A DNA stretch of 64,000 nucleotides from Candidatus Cloacimonadales bacterium (GTDB lineage: Bacteria > Cloacimonadota > Cloacimonadia > Cloacimonadales > JAIOQZ01). The DNA lies in assembly GCA_963662655.2 (NCBI GenBank), contig CAXXTU010000002.1, forward strand, positions 224,001 through 288,000, in the 5' to 3' direction. The notes beneath the pieces were generated by a model. The model saw nothing but the letters and a program-made list of their open reading frames with translations. It had not been told where the DNA came from and ran no database searches. Position 1 is the stretch's first letter, and every line of letters starts with the position of its first letter. Positions 10,926 through 21,533 of this stretch are shown here, piece by piece. Both the position numbers and the translations under genes were made by a program.

Positions 10926-11107
10926 GGCGTGGCATCTTCGCCCGATCGTGCCGCTCCAACGTGGATATAGCACGTCCGATTATCCACTAACATGATTTCG
11001 AGGAACGAAATCACAACGTTCATGTTTTCGTTTTGACTTTGTCAAAGCCGAAAATCAGATGTGCAACACCACGTCTCCGCGGCAGATCGAACGAATCTGC
11101 TCACGCC
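10926..11107 (-). repeat. Long-hairpin intergenic element, copy 1 (candidate structured RNA or ssDNA element)
   Basis: Arms GGCATCTTCGCCCGATC-N12-CGTGGATATAGCAC ... GTGCAACACCACG-N11-GATCGAACGAATCTGC shared with 22305-22483 and 53341-53466; strand inferred from G-U pairing. Confidence 0.85.
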
Positions 11108-11135
11108 TTGAAGTATAATGAACAATGGAGGAATT

Positions 11136-11672
11136 ATGAATATTCTCGCCCTTGTCGGAAGTCCGCGCAAGAACGGTAACTCGGCGGTTCTTGTTAAAGA
11201 GATGCTAAAGGATTTCGACCAGGCCCAGGTTAGCACCATTCAATTGAACGACATGAACATACGCGGGTGCCAGGCGTGCATGTACTGCCGGACGCATCCG
11301 GGCTGCATGCAGCAGGACGACATGCAACGGGTCTATCCGGAGATAGAGAAAGCCGATCTGGTCATCTTCGCATTTCCTGTCTACATGTGGCAGATGACTG
11401 CGCAGATGAAGCTCTGTGTCGACCGTATGTTCGCGTATTACAAGGAGGCTTTCAATTCGCCGTTCTACAAGGGGAAGAAGGCCATTATGGCTGTCTGCTG
11501 CGGGGCGGAAGAGGAGGCCTTTGCTCCGTATATAGAGCAGACTCGCAAGATGATCGAATTTATTGGCTTCGAGTCGTGCCAAAGCATCGTATTTGGCGAG
11601 GCCGGCGCGCCGGGGGATGTCGCCAACCAGAAGGACAAGCTGGAAGAAGCGCGGAAGATGGTAGAATCGTAA
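11136..11672 (+). CDS. Flavodoxin-like iron-sulfur flavoprotein / NADPH-dependent FMN reductase
   Basis: GSPRKNGNS, CQACMYC...C, FPVY; SD GGAGG before ATG 11136. Confidence 0.9.
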   Translation: MNILALVGSPRKNGNSAVLVKEMLKDFDQAQVSTIQLNDMNIRGCQACMYCRTHPGCMQQDDMQRVYPEIEKADLVIFAFPVYMWQMTAQMKLCVDRMFAYYKEAFNSPFYKGKKAIMAVCCGAEEEAFAPYIEQTRKMIEFIGFESCQSIVFGEAGAPGDVANQKDKLEEARKMVES

Positions 11673-11731
11673 TGCCACTTTTGGGCTAAGCAGCAATCAT
11701 TGCTTGATTCAGCCTTGGAAAGGAGGGTGAT

Positions 11732-12496
11732 TTGCCTACTGAAGCAAATAAGAAGCAAAGTCATATAATAACCATAATCGTATCAATTACAGCTGTGATT
11801 GTATCGGTTGCGCAGCTTGTTATCATGCATTCTGAAATCAAGCTTAACGAGACAATCCATACTCAAGAAATGAGATTTCATGCTGAACAGAATAGGCGAC
11901 AATGGATGTTGGATGCTACAAAATTCGTTCTCGAAAATCGTAATTCATTGTTTGAGTGTGAAGATGAGGAATCAAAACAAGTTGTTCAATTAATGAACGG
12001 TATGTTTCCTGACGAGGTATTCTCGAGAGTGTCTGTTATTATGGAGTCCACTTCCAGAAAAGCGGGTGTCCAGAACGAGTGGAGAAGGCTTCGACGAGCT
12101 AAATATAGCATCCAGTATTTTATAAAAAAGAAGGATGAAATTAATTGGAAAGGAGCCTCTCAGCTATTGCGGAAAGAAGGGTTTCATGTTCTTGAGCCTC
12201 AGGAAACGGGGTTAACCGATATTGTTTTCGGAAACAATTCAATTGTATATGGCGAAGGTGTCAATATAGAAGATGTTAAAGAGATTGCACATGTTATACT
12301 TGCTGCTGGTATGGAACTGAAAAGCATAAGTCCATTCAGGGATCGGAGTGAGCAGAACTTGAGCGAGATTCAGATATTGTACATGAGAACTTCCCATAAT
12401 ATGCCAATATGCTCTCATGATGATATTGATGAGAGAATCAACAGTTTGATCGATTCTGATTATCTGTCGCGGGATGGGCGGCGCAGAAGTTGGTGA
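11732..12496 (+). CDS. Hypothetical protein with N-terminal TM helix
   Basis: 254-aa ORF, TTG start with strong SD (AGGAGG), AT-rich. Confidence 0.6.
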   Translation: MPTEANKKQSHIITIIVSITAVIVSVAQLVIMHSEIKLNETIHTQEMRFHAEQNRRQWMLDATKFVLENRNSLFECEDEESKQVVQLMNGMFPDEVFSRVSVIMESTSRKAGVQNEWRRLRRAKYSIQYFIKKKDEINWKGASQLLRKEGFHVLEPQETGLTDIVFGNNSIVYGEGVNIEDVKEIAHVILAAGMELKSISPFRDRSEQNLSEIQILYMRTSHNMPICSHDDIDERINSLIDSDYLSRDGRRRSW

Positions 12497-12638
12497 TATG
12501 AAATTGAATGTTTGCAGGCACCCCAATTCCCCTCTTGGCATCTCTCTGGCGGAGCTTATTTTGCAATGCGGCTTGAAAAACCTTTACAAGATGACAGGGG
12601 ATAATTTTCTTGCACTGACAAAAAATAAAGGAGGTGTT

Positions 12639-12908
12639 ATGGCACTGAGCAACGAGGCCAAACAGGCGATTATGGTAGAGTTCAAACTCCATGATTCCGA
12701 TACCGGCTCACCAGAAGTGCAAGTCGCGCTTCTCTCGCATCGTATCAAAGATATCACGGAACATTTGAAAGTACACAAGAAGGACTTTCACACCCGCAGG
12801 GGATTACTTCAGCTTATCGGTAAAAGACGACGTCTGCTGAACTACCTGCAGAAGAAAGACATTGAACGATACCGACAAGTGATTAAAGCTCTCGGTTTGA
12901 GAAAGTAA
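12639..12908 (+). CDS. rpsO: 30S ribosomal protein S15
   Basis: [12 protein letters not shown]...[12 protein letters not shown]...LGLRK; SD AAGGAGGT. Confidence 0.98.
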   Translation: MALSNEAKQAIMVEFKLHDSDTGSPEVQVALLSHRIKDITEHLKVHKKDFHTRRGLLQLIGKRRRLLNYLQKKDIERYRQVIKALGLRK

Positions 12909-12923
12909 GTAATCATGATTTGC

Positions 12924-12968
12924 GGGAGGGAAATTCTTGCATGTTCCATGCAGAGTCCCTCCTTTTTT
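12924..12968 (+). terminator. Intrinsic terminator after rpsO
   Basis: GGAGGGA...TGCATG/CATGCA...TCCCTCC stem followed by a T run. Confidence 0.75.
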
Positions 12969-12998
12969 CTTGTTTAAAGAAAAGCTGACAAATAACCC

Positions 12999-13065
12999 GT
13001 GGAGAGCCTCGAGCAATACGCTGAAGTCGATAATGCGGCTTGAGCCTATTGCTTCAGACCTCCAC
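12999..13065 (+). promoter_or_regulatory. Long stem-loop in the pnp leader (possible RNase III site)
   Basis: Nested pairings GTGGAG/CTCCAC, AGCAATA/TATTGCT, AAGTCG/CGGCTT. Confidence 0.5.
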
Positions 13066-13093
13066 TTACAAACCTAACAAAAGGAACACAACG

Positions 13094-15385
13094 ATGTTTA
13101 ATATCGTACGTAAATCAATGGAAATAGGCGGCAGAACCCTCACGCTTGAAACGGGCAGAATGGCGAAACAAGCGAACGGCTCCGTGCTGGTTACCTATGG
13201 CGAAACAGCCATGCTCGTAACCGCAACCGCATCGAAAGGACCTCGCGAGGGAACGGATTTCTTCCCTCTCATCGTAGATTTCAATGAAAAAATGTATGCC
13301 TCCGGCAAAATACCCGGCGGATTTATAAAACGCGAAGCGAAACCATCGACCGTCGCGACCCTCTGGGCACGCCTGATCGACCGCTCGATCCGTCCTCTTT
13401 TCCCGGACGGATTCCGCAACGAAGTTCAGGTCGTGGTGACGACACTCTCCTACGACGAATCATGCGATCTGGGCGCACTGGGTATCTTGGGTGCCTCAAC
13501 AGCGCTTTCGATCTCCGACATCCCGTTCCACGGCCCGATCGCCGGTGCGGCTGTCGGTGAGATCGACGGAGAGTTCAAGCTCTATCCGACCGACGAAGAA
13601 ATTCAGCGCGCAACCATCGACCTTTCGGTTGCCGGTTCCGATACCTCGATCGTCATGATCGAGTCCGGCGCGACCGAAGCGCAGGAAGATCGCATGGTCG
13701 AAGCCGTTTACTTCGGTCACGAGAACATCAAGAAGATGATCGAGCTCCAGAAGGAACTGGTCGCAGAATGCGGCAAGGAGAAGATGGAATTCGTAGCCGA
13801 CCTGGTACCGGAAGAGCTGATGGCGAAACTCGACAACATTTACGGCGAGCGCGTCAAGGAAGCTTCCCATATCTTCGGTAAGCTCGAAAGACAGGACGCG
13901 TTCGACGCACTTCAAAACGAGATGCTCGAGAAATTCAAGGAAGAGATGGAAGACGAAGAGTACGAGGGAAGCGTCCGCTACCTCAAGAACGGCTTCCACG
14001 ATCTCATCAAGAAATACGTTCGCTCGGCGATTCTCAAGGACCACCACCGCGCAGACGGCCGCGGCCTCGACGACATTCGCGAGATCACTTGCGAAGTCGA
14101 CATCATCCCGCGCGTTCATGGTTCTGCGCTGTTCACCCGTGGTGAGACACAAGCGCTTGGCGCGTTGACACTCGGCTCGGTCGGCGACGAAAAAGTCATC
14201 GACGGCCTGAGCGAAGAGTATCGCAAGCACTTCTACCTTCATTATAACTTTCCGCCCTTCAGCGTTGGCGAAGTCGGATTCATGAGAGGTCCGGGACGTC
14301 GTGAACTGGGTCACGGAATGCTGGCGGAACGCGGCCTCCAGCCGATGGTTCCCCCGAAAGAAGAGTTCCCCTACACCCTCCGCCTTGTCTCCGAGATTCT
14401 CGAATCGAACGGATCGTCCTCCATGGCAACCGTTTGCGCGGGAACCCTCGCGATGATGGCTGCCGGCGTCCCGATGAAGAAACCAGTCGCAGGTATCGCG
14501 AACGGCCTCATCATGGACGACGGCGAGTACGTGGTTCTCACCGACATCATGGGTCTGGAAGACCACCTTGGCGACATGGACTTCAAGGTCACCGGTACCC
14601 GCGACGGGATCACGGCCATGCAGATGGATATCAAGATCGAAGGGATCACCAAAGACATCATGAACATCGCATTGACCAAGGCGAAAGCGGCCCGTCTGTT
14701 CATCCTGGACAAGATCGAAGCCGTTATCCCCGCGCCTCGCGCCGACCTTTCCAAATACGCGCCAAGAATTGAATCGTTCCAGATCGATACCGCCAAGATC
14801 GGCGAAGTGATTGGGCCATCCGGTAAGATGATCAAATCCATCATCGAAAAGACAGGCGTTGAAATCAACATAGAAGACGACGGTACCGTTTCGATTATGT
14901 CGCAAGACGGCGACAGCATGGCTGAAGCCAGAAGAATCATCGAGAATATCGTTTTCGGTCCTCAATACGACACGATTTACGAAGGTGAGGTAACTCGCAT
15001 CGAAGGTTATGGCGTATTCGTGAAGATCATGGACGGACTGAAGGAAGGAATGGTTCATATCTCCAACATGGACACCTGCCGCATCAACGAACCGACCGAC
15101 CTCGTCAAGATGGGCGATATCGTGAAGACGAAGCTCATCGGCATCGAAAAAGGCAAGGTCGCGCTCTCGATGAAGGGCATCGCAGGAAATCCTTCCAAGG
15201 CGAACGATCCCGATTACAAGGTCGAACGCAGCCAGGGTGGCGGCGGTGGTGGCGGAAGACGCGACGACCGCAGAGACGATCGTCGTGGCGGTGGACGCCG
15301 GGACGACCGTCGTGACGACAGACGCGGAGGACGTGACGACCACCGTGGAGATAGCCGGGACAGAGGTCGCAGACGTTACGAATAA
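13094..15385 (+). CDS. pnp: Polyribonucleotide nucleotidyltransferase
   Basis: ETGRMAKQANG, RRELGHG, SNGSSSMA, KH and S1 domains; follows rpsO. Confidence 0.98.
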   Translation: MFNIVRKSMEIGGRTLTLETGRMAKQANGSVLVTYGETAMLVTATASKGPREGTDFFPLIVDFNEKMYASGKIPGGFIKREAKPSTVATLWARLIDRSIRPLFPDGFRNEVQVVVTTLSYDESCDLGALGILGASTALSISDIPFHGPIAGAAVGEIDGEFKLYPTDEEIQRATIDLSVAGSDTSIVMIESGATEAQEDRMVEAVYFGHENIKKMIELQKELVAECGKEKMEFVADLVPEELMAKLDNIYGERVKEASHIFGKLERQDAFDALQNEMLEKFKEEMEDEEYEGSVRYLKNGFHDLIKKYVRSAILKDHHRADGRGLDDIREITCEVDIIPRVHGSALFTRGETQALGALTLGSVGDEKVIDGLSEEYRKHFYLHYNFPPFSVGEVGFMRGPGRRELGHGMLAERGLQPMVPPKEEFPYTLRLVSEILESNGSSSMATVCAGTLAMMAAGVPMKKPVAGIANGLIMDDGEYVVLTDIMGLEDHLGDMDFKVTGTRDGITAMQMDIKIEGITKDIMNIALTKAKAARLFILDKIEAVIPAPRADLSKYAPRIESFQIDTAKIGEVIGPSGKMIKSIIEKTGVEINIEDDGTVSIMSQDGDSMAEARRIIENIVFGPQYDTIYEGEVTRIEGYGVFVKIMDGLKEGMVHISNMDTCRINEPTDLVKMGDIVKTKLIGIEKGKVALSMKGIAGNPSKANDPDYKVERSQGGGGGGGRRDDRRDDRRGGGRRDDRRDDRRGGRDDHRGDSRDRGRRRYE

Positions 15386-15400
15386 AAAAAGGATTGCACT

Positions 15401-16804
15401 ATGGATTACAAAGTAGCCGATATGAAACTTGCCGCGTTCGGCAGAAAGGAAATCGAGCTTGCTGAGGTGGAGATGCCGGGATTGATGGCGCTCCGCGAGA
15501 AATATCAGGATTCAAAACCATTGCAGGGTGCCCGGATAACGGGCAGCCTGCACATGACCATACAAACGGCCGTTCTCATCCAGACTCTCACCGCGCTTGG
15601 CGCGGATGTCCGGTGGGCGAGCTGTAACATTTTCTCGACGCAGGATCACGCCGCGGCCGCGATCGCGGAAGCCGGCGTTCCGGTATTCGCGTGGAAGGGT
15701 GAAACCCTGGAAGAATACTGGTGGTGCACGAAGCAGGCCCTTCTCTTCGGAGAAGAGGGCCCGCATCAGATCGTTGACGACGGGGGAGACGCGACGCTGT
15801 TCATTCAGGAAGGCTGCCGTCTGGAAGAGCTTTTTGAAGAGACTGGCAAGCTCCCCGATCCAGTGAAAAACAATCGCGAGTTCTCCATTCTTCAGAAGAT
15901 GATTCTTGAAGACCTTGAGAAGTATCCGAATCGCTGGCGCACCATCGCGGAAAACCTTCGCGGTGTCAGCGAAGAAACAACGACGGGCGTTCACCGTTTA
16001 TACCAGTATATGGAAAAAGGTGAGCTTCGTTTCCCGGCGTTCAACGTGAACGACTCGGTGACCAAGAGCAAATTCGACAACCTCTACGGCTGCCGCGAAT
16101 CGCTCGCGGACGGCATCAAGCGCGGAACCGACGTGATGGTTGCGGGTAAGGTGGTTGTCGTATGCGGTTACGGCGATGTCGGCAAGGGCTGTGCACAGTC
16201 CATGCGCGGTTTCGGCGCGCGCGTCATCATCAACGAGATCGATCCCATCTGCGCGCTTCAGGCCGCGATGGAAGGTTACGAAGTCAAGCCGCTCGAAGAA
16301 GCGCTCGAAGAAGCGGATATCATCGTTACCGCGACCGGGAACCGCGATGTTGTGACCGTCGAGCACATGATGAGAATGAAAGACAAAGCGATCGTCTGCA
16401 ACATCGGCCATTTTGACAACGAGATTCAGGTCGAGAAGATGTATGAGACCGAGGGCGTTGAGAAGATCAACATCAAGCCGCAGGTCGATGAAATCCGCAA
16501 GCCGGATGGAACATGCATCATTCTGCTTTCCGAGGGACGTCTGGTCAACCTCGGTAACGCGACGGGGCATCCTTCGTTCGTGATGAGTAATTCATTCACC
16601 AATCAGACGCTCGCTCAGCTCGAGCTCTGGCAGAAGGATTACGCGAACGAGGTCTACCGCCTTCCGAAGCATCTGGACGAAGAGGTTGCACGTCTTCATC
16701 TGGAAAAGCTGGGCGTTAAACTTACGCAGCTTACTCCCGAGCAGGCCGAGTATATCGGCGTGAAGGTCGATGGGCCTTACAAACCGGAACACTATCGCTA
16801 CTGA
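15401..16804 (+). CDS. ahcY: Adenosylhomocysteinase
   Basis: [46 protein letters not shown]. Confidence 0.98.
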   Translation: MDYKVADMKLAAFGRKEIELAEVEMPGLMALREKYQDSKPLQGARITGSLHMTIQTAVLIQTLTALGADVRWASCNIFSTQDHAAAAIAEAGVPVFAWKGETLEEYWWCTKQALLFGEEGPHQIVDDGGDATLFIQEGCRLEELFEETGKLPDPVKNNREFSILQKMILEDLEKYPNRWRTIAENLRGVSEETTTGVHRLYQYMEKGELRFPAFNVNDSVTKSKFDNLYGCRESLADGIKRGTDVMVAGKVVVVCGYGDVGKGCAQSMRGFGARVIINEIDPICALQAAMEGYEVKPLEEALEEADIIVTATGNRDVVTVEHMMRMKDKAIVCNIGHFDNEIQVEKMYETEGVEKINIKPQVDEIRKPDGTCIILLSEGRLVNLGNATGHPSFVMSNSFTNQTLAQLELWQKDYANEVYRLPKHLDEEVARLHLEKLGVKLTQLTPEQAEYIGVKVDGPYKPEHYRY

Positions 16805-16859
16805 TATAGCGATGCGTAAAAAACTACTACTATCCAATTAAATGAGGTGAGGAGTCAGA

Positions 16860-18158
16860 ATGGAACTTCTGAGTAAAATCGAGAAGAAAACCGCTGTTGT
16901 AACAGTTGTGGGATTGGGCTATGTCGGTCTTCCCATGGCAGTAACCGTTGCCCGTAAGGGATTCAAAGTACTTGGCGTCGATGTTAACGATTTTGCCGTA
17001 ACAAGTGTAAACGCCGGCAAGAATTACATTGGCGATGTGGATGATGCAGAACTTAAAGCACTTGTTGAGAAGGGTATGCTTCGGGCTACGAAAGATTATC
17101 GCGAAGTTGCCGAAACAGACGTGATCATGATCGCGGTTCCAACCCCACTCGATAAGTATCAGCAACCGGATTCTACCTATGTGAAGGCATCGACTAATTC
17201 ATTGGTTGATAATGTACGCCCAGGTTCATTGGTCATTCTCGAGAGCACAACCTATCCGGGAACCACGGAAGAGATCATCGCGCCGGCATTCGAATCGAAA
17301 GGTTACGAGATCGGTAAGGACATCTTCATCGCGTTCTCACCCGAACGTGTAGACCCGGGCAATGTGCAGTACAAAACCAACAACACGCCAAAGGTTGTCG
17401 GCGGTATGACCGATAACTGCAACCGTGTATCCAAGGTATTTTACAACGCGATTCTCGACGCGGAAGTATTTCCGGTGTCTTCTCCTCGCGTCGCCGAGAT
17501 GGAAAAAATCTATGAGAACACCTTCCGTAACATCAATATCGCGCTTGCCAACGAGATGACGATCCTATGCGATCGCATGGGCATCGATATCTGGGAAGTG
17601 ATCGAAGCGGCCAAGACCAAGCCTTACGGCTTCATGGCGTTCTACCCAGGCCCCGGCGTGGGTGGGCACTGTATCCCGATCGATCCTTTCTACCTCACAT
17701 GGAAGGCTCGCGAATACAATTACCACACGCGTCTCATCGAGCTGGCCGGCGAGATCAATGTTGCAATGCCTACGTTTGTTATCAACAAGGCGCAGCGTAT
17801 TCTCAACGATCAGGGAATTGCGATATCCAGAGCGAGAATCCTGCTTCTGGGCGCCGCCTACAAGAAGGATATCGAGGACATGCGCGAATCGCCGGTCATG
17901 GAAGTGATCCACGAGCTGGAAACGCTCAACGCGAATTTCGATTACAACGATCCGCACGTCCCGACGTTCCACAACGAACTCACCGGAAAGGATTATCATT
18001 CGACCGGTATCGACAAGATTGAAGAGTACGATCTGGTTATCGTGATAACGGATCATACAGCATACAACATGCAGGATATCGTGAAACGTTCCCGCCTGGT
18101 GCTGGATACGAGATACGCTACCCGAGGAATCGATTCCGAGAACATCGTAAAACTGTAG
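16860..18158 (+). CDS. Nucleotide-sugar dehydrogenase (UDP-GlcNAc 6-dehydrogenase/WbpA-like)
   Basis: GLGYVGLP, ESTTYPGTT, SPERVDPG, GGHCIPIDPFYL. Confidence 0.92.
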   Translation: MELLSKIEKKTAVVTVVGLGYVGLPMAVTVARKGFKVLGVDVNDFAVTSVNAGKNYIGDVDDAELKALVEKGMLRATKDYREVAETDVIMIAVPTPLDKYQQPDSTYVKASTNSLVDNVRPGSLVILESTTYPGTTEEIIAPAFESKGYEIGKDIFIAFSPERVDPGNVQYKTNNTPKVVGGMTDNCNRVSKVFYNAILDAEVFPVSSPRVAEMEKIYENTFRNINIALANEMTILCDRMGIDIWEVIEAAKTKPYGFMAFYPGPGVGGHCIPIDPFYLTWKAREYNYHTRLIELAGEINVAMPTFVINKAQRILNDQGIAISRARILLLGAAYKKDIEDMRESPVMEVIHELETLNANFDYNDPHVPTFHNELTGKDYHSTGIDKIEEYDLVIVITDHTAYNMQDIVKRSRLVLDTRYATRGIDSENIVKL

Positions 18159-18207
18159 CGGAAAGTACGTGGTTTCTTGAAAACTCCCTTCAAAACCAAC
18201 CAAGGAG

Positions 18208-19182
18208 ATGAGGATGGAAGAAGGCGATGTTGTAAAAAAGAAGAGTATTAGCCTGAAGGACAAACGGACGCAGGTTATCATTCTGATCATTGTTATCGCA
18301 GTGCTTTTGCTTACCGGGTTCTACATTGTGAATCCGGGCGAGGAAGCCGTGGTGCAACGTTTCGGGGCGTACAACAGGACAACCCGTTCCGGCCTGCATT
18401 TCAAGCTGCCTTTCGGCATCGAGCATAAAACGATCGTCAAGGTGAAGGAAATCCGCAAGGAAGAATTCGGTTTCCGCACGGTGGAAGCCGGGATCAAGAC
18501 GCAGTACTCCCGAGGCGATTACTCGCATGAATCTCTCATGCTCACCGGCGATCTGAACATCGTTGATGTGCAGTGGATCGTTCAGTACCGCGTGAAGGAT
18601 TCCAAGGACTATCTCTTCAATATCCGTAACAACCGCGAGACGCTCCGGATTCTTTCGGAATCGGCGACGCGCCAGGTTGTGGGTGACCGTAGCGCTGACG
18701 AGGTGATCACGCTGAGCCGTCAGGAGATCGCTCAATTGGTACTCGAAGCGCTTCAGGAAGCGCTGGACAACTACAGCGCCGGTATTGAGATCGTAACGGT
18801 CGTGATGCAGAACGTGAACCCTCCGAAGCCTGTCCAGCCGGCGTTCAACGAAGTGAACTCCGCGCGTCAGGAGCAGGATCGCATCATCAACGAAGCACAG
18901 TCTCAATACAATAAAATCATTCCCGAAGCCAAGGGCCGGGCGCAGCGCATGATCCAGGAAGCCGAGGGTTATGCGATAAACCGCGTGAACCGCGCGCAGG
19001 GTGACGCAAAGCGTTTCACCGATATTCTGAAAGAATACCGGAAAGCGCCGAACGTGACAAAGAAGAGGATGTACCTCGAGACCATGCAGGATATTCTCCC
19101 CGAGCTGGAGCACGTGTACATGATCGACGACAAGCTGAAAAGCTTCTTGCCTCTATTGAACATGCAAAAGGGAGGTGAGTGA
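18208..19182 (+). CDS. hflK: FtsH protease modulator HflK
   Basis: SPFH domain, MLTGDLNIVDV, AQGDAKRF, RMYLETM; start may be 18214. Confidence 0.93.
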   Translation: MRMEEGDVVKKKSISLKDKRTQVIILIIVIAVLLLTGFYIVNPGEEAVVQRFGAYNRTTRSGLHFKLPFGIEHKTIVKVKEIRKEEFGFRTVEAGIKTQYSRGDYSHESLMLTGDLNIVDVQWIVQYRVKDSKDYLFNIRNNRETLRILSESATRQVVGDRSADEVITLSRQEIAQLVLEALQEALDNYSAGIEIVTVVMQNVNPPKPVQPAFNEVNSARQEQDRIINEAQSQYNKIIPEAKGRAQRMIQEAEGYAINRVNRAQGDAKRFTDILKEYRKAPNVTKKRMYLETMQDILPELEHVYMIDDKLKSFLPLLNMQKGGE

Positions 19183-20165
19183 TGAACAAGCACGTTATAC
19201 AGATCATCCTGCTGGTCATCGCGATATTCGTCGTTGCCGACGCCTTCTTCACGCTCGATGAGAGGCAGCAGGCGATTATAACGCAGTTCGGTCATCCGAT
19301 CGGCGGCGCGATCGAAGACGCGGGTTTGCACGTGAAGATACCGTTTATCCAGAAGGTGCATTACTTCGAGAAAAGGATTCTGGAGTGGGACGGCGATCCG
19401 AATCGCGTGCCCACCGCCGATAAAAAATACATCTGGATCGACATCTTCGCCCGTTGGCGGATATCCGATCCGCTGACGTTCTTCCAGTCGGTGAATACCG
19501 AAAACACGGCGCACAGTCGCCTTGACGGTATCATCGATGGTAAGACGCGCGACATTATCGCGCAGAATACACTGATCGAAATCGTTCGTAACTCGGATCG
19601 CAAGATGGAGTTTGCCGTGGACGATGTTCCTACATTCGAAGAGATGATGAAGGAGCAGGATATTCGCGACGGTAAGCAGGAGGGCGACGACGACCAGAGC
19701 TTCAACGCTACCGAAGGAAAGCGGCACGAGATCGCCAGACAGATTCTCGAAAAAGCGCTGAAGGACGCCGAACTCCTCGGTATCGAGCTGGTCGATGTTC
19801 GCATCAAGCGCGTGAATTACGAGGAGCAGGTTCGCCAAAAAGTTTACGATCGTATGATTTCAGAGAGGCAGAAAATCTCTGCCTGGTATCGATCCACCGG
19901 TGAAGGCGAGAAAGCTCGTATCCTGGGCGAGATGAAGAAAGAGCTTGACCGTATCGAATCGGAAGCGTACCGAACCGCTCAGGAGATTCAGGGGCGCGCA
20001 GATGCCGAAGCGACAAAGCTATACGCAGAGGCGTACGGACAGAGTCCGGAGTTCTTCGAGTTCATCAAGACGCTGGAGTCTTACAAGAAGACCATGAACA
20101 AAAAAGGAACGCTGATACTATCAACGGACAGCGACTATCTGGAAGAGTTAAAAGAAGGTAAATAG
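19182..20165 (+). CDS. hflC: FtsH protease modulator HflC
   Basis: GLHVKIPFIQ, VDVRIKR, VYDRMISER; follows hflK. Confidence 0.93.
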   Translation: MNKHVIQIILLVIAIFVVADAFFTLDERQQAIITQFGHPIGGAIEDAGLHVKIPFIQKVHYFEKRILEWDGDPNRVPTADKKYIWIDIFARWRISDPLTFFQSVNTENTAHSRLDGIIDGKTRDIIAQNTLIEIVRNSDRKMEFAVDDVPTFEEMMKEQDIRDGKQEGDDDQSFNATEGKRHEIARQILEKALKDAELLGIELVDVRIKRVNYEEQVRQKVYDRMISERQKISAWYRSTGEGEKARILGEMKKELDRIESEAYRTAQEIQGRADAEATKLYAEAYGQSPEFFEFIKTLESYKKTMNKKGTLILSTDSDYLEELKEGK

Positions 20166-20184
20166 ATATTTGGAGGCTTAATTC

Positions 20185-21510
20185 ATGAAGATCGCAATAA
20201 TTGGGACAGGCTACGTAGGCCTGGTTACTGGAACCTGCTTTGCGGACGTCGGTAATAACGTTATTTGTGTGGATAATGACGTATCCAAAGTCAATCGTTT
20301 GAACAACGGGGAGATACCTATTTATGAACCCGGGCTCGATCGCCTGGTTAAACGGAATTTCAATGAAGGCCGTCTTACGTTTACGACCGATATCAAGAAG
20401 GCTGTGGAAGAATCTCTGATATGCTTCATCGCGGTGGGAACACCTCCAGATGAGGACGGCTCAGCGGATCTGAGTTACGTGCTGTCGGTTGCAAATGACA
20501 TCGCGACGTATATGAACGATTACAAGATCGTTGTTGATAAATCCACGGTTCCGGTGGGAACCGGCGACAAGGTTCAAGCGCTAATCGAGAAAGTTCTCAA
20601 AGAGCGCAAGGCAACGTACGAATTCGACGTTGTTTCCAATCCGGAATTCCTGAAAGAAGGGGCTGCGATTGACGATTTCATGAAACCCGATCGCATTATC
20701 ATCGGTAGCGACAACGTGCGAGTGCGCGAGATCATGAGAGTTCTCTATTCACCGTTCGCACGGGCGCATGAAAAGGTTATCTTCATGTCGTTACGTTCCG
20801 CCGAGATGACCAAGTATGCTGCCAACTCGATGCTGGCGACCAAGATATCCTTTATGAACGAGATTGCCATGCTTTGCGAAGAGCTCGGCGCGGATGTCGG
20901 AGAGGTACGTCACGGAATCGGTTCCGATACGCGTATCGGTTACAAATTCATCTACCCGGGTGTTGGCTATGGCGGAAGCTGCTTCCCCAAGGATGTGAAA
21001 GCGCTCATCCACATGGCGAACAAAAGCAATATCAATCCGCAGCTCATGCAGGCCGTGGAAGATGTGAACGCACGCCAGAAGGAACTTCTCGCGAAGAAGG
21101 TTCTCAAGCATTTCAACGGCGATATTAAAGGCAAGAAGCTGGCTCTCTGGGGTCTTTCGTTCAAGCCTGAAACGGACGACATGCGTGAAGCTCCGGCAAT
21201 CGTGATCATCGAGATGTTGCTGGCGGAAGGCGCGGAAGTCGTCGCGTACGATCCGGTGGCGATGGAAGAATCCAAACGCCGTTTTGGAGATCGTAAGGGT
21301 CTCACGTACGCCGAGAACAGCTATGCGGCCCTCCAGGACGCAGAAGCGCTTCTTCTGGTAACCGAGTGGCACCAGTTCCGTTATCCCGATTTCGACAAGA
21401 TCAAGGCCAACCTGAAGAATCCTGTGATTTTCGACGGACGAAACCAGTACAGCCTGGGCGAGATGAAGCAGATGGGATTCACCTATTACGGAATAGGACG
21501 AGGTGAGTAA
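20185..21510 (+). CDS. ugd: UDP-glucose 6-dehydrogenase
   Basis: [32 protein letters not shown]. Confidence 0.95.
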   Translation: MKIAIIGTGYVGLVTGTCFADVGNNVICVDNDVSKVNRLNNGEIPIYEPGLDRLVKRNFNEGRLTFTTDIKKAVEESLICFIAVGTPPDEDGSADLSYVLSVANDIATYMNDYKIVVDKSTVPVGTGDKVQALIEKVLKERKATYEFDVVSNPEFLKEGAAIDDFMKPDRIIIGSDNVRVREIMRVLYSPFARAHEKVIFMSLRSAEMTKYAANSMLATKISFMNEIAMLCEELGADVGEVRHGIGSDTRIGYKFIYPGVGYGGSCFPKDVKALIHMANKSNINPQLMQAVEDVNARQKELLAKKVLKHFNGDIKGKKLALWGLSFKPETDDMREAPAIVIIEMLLAEGAEVVAYDPVAMEESKRRFGDRKGLTYAENSYAALQDAEALLLVTEWHQFRYPDFDKIKANLKNPVIFDGRNQYSLGEMKQMGFTYYGIGRGE

Positions 21511-21533
21511 AGAGTTTTCCGGACGATTACTGG

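Noticed and set aside
10926..11107. Hairpin ribozyme or integron attC identity for the three-copy element
   Set aside because: The AACA/ATATA loop only superficially resembles loop B and there is no N-GUC loop A; no RYYYAAC/GTTRRRY ends and no integrase seen.
13496..15343. 615-aa antisense ORF (likewise 5715-7139, 58992-60125 and other long overlapping ORFs)
   Set aside because: Shadow ORFs of strongly codon-biased genes (pnp, pmm, mscS/pyrG) with no recognisable motifs.
15386..15400. SAH riboswitch before ahcY
   Set aside because: Only 15 nt separate pnp and ahcY.
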